Assembly (NCBI GenBank): GCA_050944155.1
Contig: JBMNQN010000004.1
Span: forward strand, 38,163-102,162
Direction: 5' to 3'
Length of the DNA stretch: 64,000 nucleotides
Source: Candidatus Methanomethylophilaceae archaeon
GTDB lineage: Archaea > Thermoplasmatota > Thermoplasmata > Methanomassiliicoccales > Methanomethylophilaceae
How positions within the stretch are numbered: the first letter of the stretch is position 1; every line of letters begins with the position of its first letter. The notes under the pieces are model-generated. The model was not told the DNA's origin. It was given only the letters and a program-made list of their open reading frames with translations, and searched no databases. The position numbers were made by a program, and so were the translations under genes. This document shows, piece after piece, positions 57,852 to 64,000 of this stretch.

Positions 57852-57891
57852 GCGTTCGGCTAAGGTCGTCGGTATTATTTAGTTGCCTTCG

Positions 57892-58569
57892 TCAGGCGGG
57901 CCCCTCGGGCTCGGGAATGAGGGGAAGAAACATATCCATCATTCTCGGCGGAGACATGGATTGGATGATTATTCTCCCCGGTCCTTTGAAGACGGTGAAA
58001 TACGGACCGTCGTCCCTGCGGGAGCCTCTGATATCTTTGTTAAGTTCCACCGAATAGTTTACGGAGGATTCCCAGGCAACCGCCATATCCGTTGCGGCCC
58101 TGTACGTTTCTCCTTTCTTCAGGGAGAAGATGTTGAAATCTCCCAGGGAGAAGAGAAAAACCATTCCTTTTCCTGAGAATTTCATGAGTACCAGACCTTC
58201 TTTTCCGAAGGCCGGGCCGAGAGCTTTCTGCATCTCTTTGTCTGCGGAAACGCCGGGCTGCGATGCCACGTATGCATCTTTCTGAGCGATCCAGCTCATT
58301 CCTTCGACGTTTATGTCCATAATCTTTCCGGGAAGTTTTCCGCAGAGACCCAGAGTTCCGCTTCCTTTGGAAGGTCCGCATGTCAGAAGGTCGAGAGAAC
58401 TTCCGCCTATGGCCTTTTTCAGGCCTCCGATCAGTCCGCCGCTTTTTTTGGCGATTTCCATATCGCCGGAGAAATACGCCACGGAACCCGCATTCGTGTC
58501 CAGTTTCTCTCCGGCGCTCAGTTCCACGTTGAGAAACTGAAGGTTGTCTCCGGTGACGGTGTACCTCAT
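57892..58569 (-). CDS. AIM24 (TIGR00266) family protein, copy 1
   Basis: GDNLQFL.VEL, GKEGLVLMKFSGKG, FKGPGRIIIQSM. Confidence 0.9.
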   Translation of the reverse strand: MRYTVTGDNLQFLNVELSAGEKLDTNAGSVAYFSGDMEIAKKSGGLIGGLKKAIGGSSLDLLTCGPSKGSGTLGLCGKLPGKIMDINVEGMSWIAQKDAYVASQPGVSADKEMQKALGPAFGKEGLVLMKFSGKGMVFLFSLGDFNIFSLKKGETYRAATDMAVAWESSVNYSVELNKDIRGSRRDDGPYFTVFKGPGRIIIQSMSPPRMMDMFLPLIPEPEGPA

Positions 58570-58620
58570 GAGGTATTCAACGCATGCACGGTATTAATTT
58601 TATACGCGTTCGGCGTCCCC

Positions 58621-59241
58621 GTGTGCGTGGAACATTCTGCCGTCGGAGCCGAAGCAACGGTTTCCGTATCCGATTTTCTGGGACGCAAAGCGGTAAAGAA
58701 AGTCAGGTCTCCGAAAACATACAGACACGGAGAGCTGGACCGCCGTCTGAGAACATCCAGGACCAAGAACGAAGTACGCGTTATGAGAAGTGCCAGATCC
58801 AGGACGGTGAGAACCCCCGTGGTTTACGACATAGATATGGAAAGCTGCACCATAACCATGGAGTACATAGAGGGCAGAAGGGTGAAAGAAGTTCTTGACG
58901 CAGAGGATTGCGATCCCCTTCCCGTTCTGAGAAAAATAGGAGAAACCCTTGCGGACATGCACAACAGGGGAATATCCCACGGGGATTTCACAACCTCTAA
59001 CATGATTCTTGCGGAAGACGGAAAGCTGTGCGTCATAGATTTTTCGTTGGGAACCGTCAAAGCGGGTCCCGAGGAGATGGGCGTGGACATCCGTCTTCTG
59101 CAGAGGGCGTTTTCTTCCGCCCATTCGGCAATCGAAGGTGGTTTCGGAAAGATTATGGAAGCCTACGCGGAAAAGAAAACCGACGCGGAAAAAGTACTGG
59201 CCAAAGCGGAAGAAATCAAAAACAGGGCAAGATACACATGA
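58621..59241 (+). CDS. bud32: KEOPS kinase/ATPase Bud32
   Basis: GAEA, K.R.PK.YRH.ELD, HGDFTTSNM, IDF.L, C-terminal RARY. Confidence 0.95.
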   Translation: MCVEHSAVGAEATVSVSDFLGRKAVKKVRSPKTYRHGELDRRLRTSRTKNEVRVMRSARSRTVRTPVVYDIDMESCTITMEYIEGRRVKEVLDAEDCDPLPVLRKIGETLADMHNRGISHGDFTTSNMILAEDGKLCVIDFSLGTVKAGPEEMGVDIRLLQRAFSSAHSAIEGGFGKIMEAYAEKKTDAEKVLAKAEEIKNRARYT

Positions 59242-59795
59242 AACTCACGGTGGTAACGTCAAATCCGGGGAAAGCCGCGGAATTCGGAGAGGCCCTGGGA
59301 AAGCTGGGTATAGAAACCGTTCACGAAAAAATCGAGTACGACGAAGTCCAGTCCGACAGCCTCGAAGACGTTGTGCGGAAAGGAATGGAAGAACTCAGAT
59401 CGAAAGGAATTTCCGATTTTATCATAGACGATACGGGACTGTTCATCGACTCCCTTAAGGGATTTCCGGGAGTTTGGTCTGCATACGTACAGAAAACCAT
59501 AGGAAACCCGGGCATACTGAAACTCATGGAAGATTCCGAGGACAGGGGAGCGGAATTCAGAACCTGCATAGGGTGCGACATAAAAGGAGAAACGATAATC
59601 GTCACCGGTGTCTGCAGGGGAGAGATAACCGAAAGACCCAGAGGTACGGACGGGTTCGGTTACGACCCCATATTCACCGCAGACGGAAAACGTACGTTTG
59701 CGGAACTCGGGCTGTCCGAGAAGAACGGAATATCCCACAGAGGAAACGCGGTACGCAGTCTGATCGGAGAAATAGAAAAACGCCGTCTTCTCTGA
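59238..59795 (+). CDS. rdgB: Non-canonical purine NTP pyrophosphatase (ITPase)
   Basis: TSNPGK, DDTGL, GFPG, GFGYDPIF, KN.ISHRG. Confidence 0.96.
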   Translation: MKLTVVTSNPGKAAEFGEALGKLGIETVHEKIEYDEVQSDSLEDVVRKGMEELRSKGISDFIIDDTGLFIDSLKGFPGVWSAYVQKTIGNPGILKLMEDSEDRGAEFRTCIGCDIKGETIIVTGVCRGEITERPRGTDGFGYDPIFTADGKRTFAELGLSEKNGISHRGNAVRSLIGEIEKRRLL

Positions 59796-59805
59796 CGGCG
59801 CATGT

Positions 59806-60138
59806 TCAATTCGGTTTGTCTTTTTCGGAATCGGTCTCTTTGACGGATTTCATATCGTCCAAACCATAATCCCCGCCGGTCTGGGTCTTTTCCCCCTTGT
59901 AGATGTACACGGGGATGGCGAGAACGGCAATCAGAATTTTTACCGCGATGAATATCAGAATCGCCGCGGCGATTATTATCAGGATCGGCTTCCAGATTTC
60001 TTCGGCAACTCCCGGACGGGTAACGGCGTAGATTACCAGTGCGATTATCGCTATAATCACCAGGGAAAGCAGTACCAGCTTCGCCGCGGTCGGCCAGGTT
60101 TTCTTTCTTTCGATATTGTCCGCTTCCATTTTTTTCAC
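59806..60138 (-). CDS. Small two-TM membrane protein
   Basis: Two long hydrophobic stretches; directly downstream of AIM24 copy 2. Confidence 0.8.
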   Translation of the reverse strand: MKKMEADNIERKKTWPTAAKLVLLSLVIIAIIALVIYAVTRPGVAEEIWKPILIIIAAAILIFIAVKILIAVLAIPVYIYKGEKTQTGGDYGLDDMKSVKETDSEKDKPN

Positions 60139-60139
60139 C

Positions 60140-60820
60140 TCAGCTGCCCGAAGGAAGGTAGGGAATCAGAGATGCCGCCAGTTCCGCCAGGCTCATGGAC
60201 TGTATGATTATTTTTCCGGGACCCGTAAGAGTGGTCACGAACACGCCTTCTCCTCCGAACAGAGTGTTTTTGAACCCTCCTATGGACGAGATGTCGTACG
60301 TTACGGATTCTTCCCACCCGACTATGTTGCCCGTGGATATTTTGTACTGTTCTCCGGGCCTGAGATCCACCACGTTGAAATCTCCGCAGGCGGAAGCCCA
60401 GACGATTCCGTTTCCGCTCACCCTCTGCAGAATCAGTCCTTCTCCTCCGTAGAACGCACCTCCGAGTTTTTTCTGGAAAGCGATATCCACGTCGACACCG
60501 GGCTGAGACGCGATGTACGAGGTTTTCTGAAGAAGCCAGTTTTTGCCGGGAACCACCTGGAGATCGATTATCTTTCCCGGGACGTTTCCGCCCAGCCCCA
60601 CTACGCCGGTTCCCCCTCTGGGTCTGAACGTTACGAGGAAAAAGGAGGCTCCGATCATGCTGCGTTTGAGGCCCTTTAACAGACCCCCCTCCATTTTGGT
60701 TTCCATCTCCATGTTGCCGCTCATGTATTTCATGTTGCCCGGGGTGGCCTTTATTTCCTCCCCCGGACCCAGCTCTATGTTGACGAATTGGAGGTTGTCT
60801 CCGGTAATGGTATATCTCAA
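60140..60820 (-). CDS. AIM24 (TIGR00266) family protein, copy 2
   Basis: GDNLQFV.IEL, GGEGLILQRVSG, LFGGEGVF.TTLTGPG. Confidence 0.93.
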   Translation of the reverse strand: MRYTITGDNLQFVNIELGPGEEIKATPGNMKYMSGNMEMETKMEGGLLKGLKRSMIGASFFLVTFRPRGGTGVVGLGGNVPGKIIDLQVVPGKNWLLQKTSYIASQPGVDVDIAFQKKLGGAFYGGEGLILQRVSGNGIVWASACGDFNVVDLRPGEQYKISTGNIVGWEESVTYDISSIGGFKNTLFGGEGVFVTTLTGPGKIIIQSMSLAELAASLIPYLPSGS

Positions 60821-60933
60821 GGTATCACCGTTATATGCACCGCAGTATGTATTAAAAACAGTGGTGCGGACTCTACGGTTTCTTTACGGAAATGTCGACA
60901 GAATTAATAACAGAGCGTTCATAGCACCCCCAA

Positions 60934-61006
60934 GGGACTGTGGGTTAGCTTGGTATACTTGTGGCTTTGGGAGCCATTGACTCCGGTTCAAATCCGGGCA
61001 GTCCCA
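60934..61006 (+). tRNA. tRNA-Pro(TGG)
   Basis: GGGACTG/CAGTCCC acceptor stem, GTGGC-TTTGGGA-GCCAT, TTCAAAT. Confidence 0.94.
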
Positions 61007-61388
61007 CTCATGAAAACAATCATTTTACGAAACAAGTTATCGGAATCGCGTATGTTTCGTTTTTTCGGGTGTTAATATACCCGACAGGATTATTTTCGCA
61101 AAAAATCTGGTCCGCCCATTTTCTTCGTATTGATCTTTTTGCCGAATTTTATTTTCTGTTCTGAAATGTACGGCGGCATCTGTTTCCGGTTCTTTTTTAA
61201 AACAGTATCTGCAAGTCTGGGTCTGTACGAATTCATAAAAGAATACATGTTCAGGTTTATTCAATTGAATATTTTGACGAAACTTGTCCGATTAAAAATA
61301 CACAAATCAATGTGTATTCAATCTCAGCAAGATTGTATATCGAATTTTAGATTTGATTTAGATACAATTTTATTGCAATCATACATTT

Positions 61389-61463
61389 TCGAAAAAATCG
61401 AATATCAAGATAAATATATTGAAATAATTCTTTATGATATACTATTATAATCGAAAAAATCGA
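61389..61463. repeat. Two copies of the 13-bp TCGAAAAAATCGA
   Basis: Exact copies at 61389-61401 and 61451-61463, upstream of the ATPase start. Confidence 0.75.
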
Positions 61464-61474
61464 GAGTAATTACC

Positions 61475-62776
61475 ATGTTGGTAAAATTCAGACTGGAAAA
61501 TTATAAATCATTCGACAGAGAACAATCGATATCCTTCAAAGCGGGCGCTTCCCGCAATCACACCGACCACGTAGTCGACGTAAAAGGCACCAAAATTCTC
61601 CGCATGGCAGCAATATTCGGTGCCAATGCATCTGGGAAATCAAATCTCATTCAGGCAATGCGTGCATCGCAGATGAAAATACTTCACAACATAGGCATCA
61701 GCCCCGGAGATTACTGCAGAATGATTCCGGGTAACGATAAAAAACCCACATCGTTTGAATACATTATCGAAATCGAAGGTACTTTCTATTCCTACGGATT
61801 CGAGATACTTCTGTCATCCGGCGAGGTGAAAACCGAATGGATGAAAAATTTATCGGATAAATCTCAGAATGCGTTCATATTTTTCCGTGATGAAAATAAA
61901 ATAGAGCCAGGTATAAAGCTTACAAAGGACGAGGAGAAGTATTTCTTTGTATACAGCAACGAGGTAATGCAGGACAGGACGAAATTATTTCTCAACGCGC
62001 TGTCCAGAATGCCCGATCTCGGAACGGGTAAATTAGCGCTATCAAAGAAGATATTTTTTTGGTTCGTTTCGTCTCTCAGAATTATCCTCGCGGGAGAACC
62101 GTCGGGATTCAAGTCCGAGGCAAAGGTGGAATTTACCGGGAAGGTGATACAGAGATACGGAACCGGAGTCTCTGGAATGAGATATGAGCAGGTAAGCAGG
62201 GAAGAAAGTCAGATTCCCAGAGGTATTTTGGAAGATATACTCGAGACCAAAGCCGGGCCTGGTGTTAAAGGGATAGAGGGAAGCATTCCGTTAAAAAAGA
62301 GCATGTTCCACGTAAGACTCGCCGCCGGACACAATCCGGAGATAAAAAAGATACTTTTTGACCATTACGGTGTCCCCTTCGAGTACGGAGAAGAGTCGGA
62401 TGGTACGAGCAGACTCATGGAACTTCTGCCCATGCTTGACGAGTCAGACAGCGGAGTACACACGTATGTGATTGACGAATTGGACAGAAGTCTGCACCCT
62501 CAGCTGACGCAGAAGATAGTCAGAGATTTCGGAGAATTAGATCCGAAACTAAAAAGGCAGCTGATTGTGACGACGCACGAATCCAGACTTATGGATCTCA
62601 GTCTCCTCAGACGGGATGAAATTTGGTTTGTGGAAAAAAAGGAAGACGGCACTTCCGAAATATATTCTCTGGAAGCCTTCAGCGAAAGAAAAGACAGGCG
62701 CATCGGAAAGGCTTATTTGGACGGAAGATACGGGGCTGTTCCGTGCTTCAGAGAATTTTTCCCCGATTTGGAGTAA
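61475..62776 (+). CDS. RloA/AbiLi-like AAA_21 (ABC-type) ATPase
   Basis: FRLENYKSF, Walker A GANASGKSN, ESDGT, IDELDRSLHP, QLIVTTH, RRDEIWFVEK, YLDGRYGAVP. Confidence 0.93.
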   Translation: MLVKFRLENYKSFDREQSISFKAGASRNHTDHVVDVKGTKILRMAAIFGANASGKSNLIQAMRASQMKILHNIGISPGDYCRMIPGNDKKPTSFEYIIEIEGTFYSYGFEILLSSGEVKTEWMKNLSDKSQNAFIFFRDENKIEPGIKLTKDEEKYFFVYSNEVMQDRTKLFLNALSRMPDLGTGKLALSKKIFFWFVSSLRIILAGEPSGFKSEAKVEFTGKVIQRYGTGVSGMRYEQVSREESQIPRGILEDILETKAGPGVKGIEGSIPLKKSMFHVRLAAGHNPEIKKILFDHYGVPFEYGEESDGTSRLMELLPMLDESDSGVHTYVIDELDRSLHPQLTQKIVRDFGELDPKLKRQLIVTTHESRLMDLSLLRRDEIWFVEKKEDGTSEIYSLEAFSERKDRRIGKAYLDGRYGAVPCFREFFPDLE

Positions 62777-62779
62777 TCG

Positions 62780-63736
62780 ATGAAACCGACAGAGTCTCTG
62801 GATGCAATAGGAAGATCAGACGTCAGACGCTCTCTTCGCAAAAAGGTGATAATCGTCACCGAAGGGTATTAAACAGAGCAGAATTATTTTGAAGCGCTGA
62901 AACGGCATATCTACAACACGAGAAGAGAGATTCTTGTTGAAATTGTTGTATTACAGAGATATCTTCTTCAGAGCGGAATCAGTGATCCCGAAAGATTGGT
63001 AGATCTTACAGAGGATTACATATGCATGCTGAAGACCGGGAAGTATTCTTACCCGCTGCTGGTCGGAAGGGTTATCGAATCTTTAATCGACAGTCAGCCC
63101 AGGTTCCGTAAGCAGATTATGGAAATCGATGACGATTTAAATAAAATGCTTGTGAAAAAGGAACTCGAGGATAAAATGACAGGAATGGTCTCTAATTCGG
63201 AGAAGGCGTTTGAAGAATGCATAATATTCCTCAAAGAAAGATATAACGTCGATGATTTCGAACTTGAAAACGATGATATTTACTTCGAAGAGGGCCTCGA
63301 CGAAATACTCATTGTAGTAGATCGGGACGCGGGGAAAGACGGACGTTCGGGGAAAGACGGGCGTCCAGAATGGAAGTATTTTTCGTTCATAGAAAAATGT
63401 AAGAACAACCACTACTACCCGATTGTTACAAACCCGAAGTTCGAGCTGTGGATTCTGTTTCATTACAAGATAGACGGCATTGTCGACGATTTAAAAAATT
63501 CTTCAGAATGCAAGAAACTGATAGATAAAAAGATGAGCGAACTCAAAATAGGTAAGAAATCGAAGTTCGACAAAACAATCAAATCATTGGATGTTGCGCT
63601 CAAAAACTCAAAAAAATTCTGTAATAATTTGGACGAATTAGAACACGAAACAGGTTCAAACATTCCCGAACTGATAAAAAAAATCGGATATTTTCCGAAT
63701 GAGCACGGTTGGATTTCACTCAACCCTTCTTTTTAA
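62780..63736 (+). pseudogene. RloB-like (TOPRIM-like) protein interrupted by an in-frame TAA
   Basis: ATG at 62780 reads ...IIVTEGY*TEQNYFEAL, in frame with ORF 62996-63736 (VVDRD, TNPKFELWILFH); TAA at 62870-62872. Confidence 0.85.
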
Positions 63737-63871
63737 CCGTTTTATCGATTTGTCGTAAAACTAGTTTTTTGAATGTAATAAAGCTGCAGTAGGTCACGAT
63801 TACAGAGGTTGTTGCGGTTTTTACAGAATGTATGCTAACCGGAGCTCAATTGCCTTCGGGCGTAATAATGA

Positions 63872-63983
63872 TGGTCCCCACCCCCTGATTTGAACAGGGG
63901 ACCTGCTGATTTCGGCGGCTGTACCGGAAAAATCCGGAAACTCTCTACAGTCAGCCGCTCTGGCCAGACTGAGCTAGGTGGGG
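63872..63983 (-). tRNA. tRNA-Tyr(GTA) with a 34-nt intron (63911-63944)
   Basis: CCCCACC/GGTGGGG acceptor stem (C1:G72), GCTGA-CTGTAG^A-TCAGC, insertion at 37/38, encoded CCA. Confidence 0.93.
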
Positions 63984-64000
63984 ACGGAGAGAGACTATAG

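Noticed and set aside
21313-59241. kae1 and bud32 as separate, distant genes
   Set aside because: Split and fused forms are both common in archaea
61108-61118. TGGTCCGCCCA as an att copy of the tRNA-Tyr 3' end
   Set aside because: Only 6 contiguous matching bases; compatible with chance
61037-61450. Short ORFs in the AT-rich region after tRNA-Pro
   Set aside because: F/I/K-rich, low-complexity translations with no SD or motifs
1-64000. CRISPR arrays, rRNA genes, IS transposases, integrases, in-frame TAG genes
   Set aside because: None seen by reading; no regularly spaced repeats or recognisable motifs

Overview
Archaeal chromosomal segment, most likely from a Methanomassiliicoccales (Thermoplasmata) methanogen. 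This is inferred from thermosome plus grpE-dnaK-dnaJ, PolB, RadB, fibrillarin, Rio1/Dim2/Pus10, eL15/eL21/uS15, the DapL lysine pathway, folate-type PurN, and the absence of TAG stops. Most of the window is housekeeping, with six tRNAs: Ser-CGA, Val-GAC, Leu-CAG, Glu-TTC, Pro-TGG and intron-containing Tyr-GTA. Accessory or unexplained parts: (1) 1-1763, probable right end of a tRNA-integrated element carrying a GIY-YIG/RAMA-like nuclease; (2) an ABC-2 locus whose secreted partner is split at a G7 tract; (3) an orphan ~200-nt structured transcript candidate (5438-5645) with its own TATA box, terminator and Lrp-type palindrome; (4) a five-gene SPFH/Zn-ribbon/TPR operon (5823-10323) resembling an archaeal Psp/YdjGI-like membrane-stress system with no recognisable PspA; (5) three apparent pseudo-enzymes (phosphohexomutase-like, ThiI-like, HAD-like); (6) an AT-rich RloA/RloB-type islet between two tRNAs, with a nonsense codon in the RloB motif. 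All calls come from reading the sequence and recalled family motifs; no searches were run.
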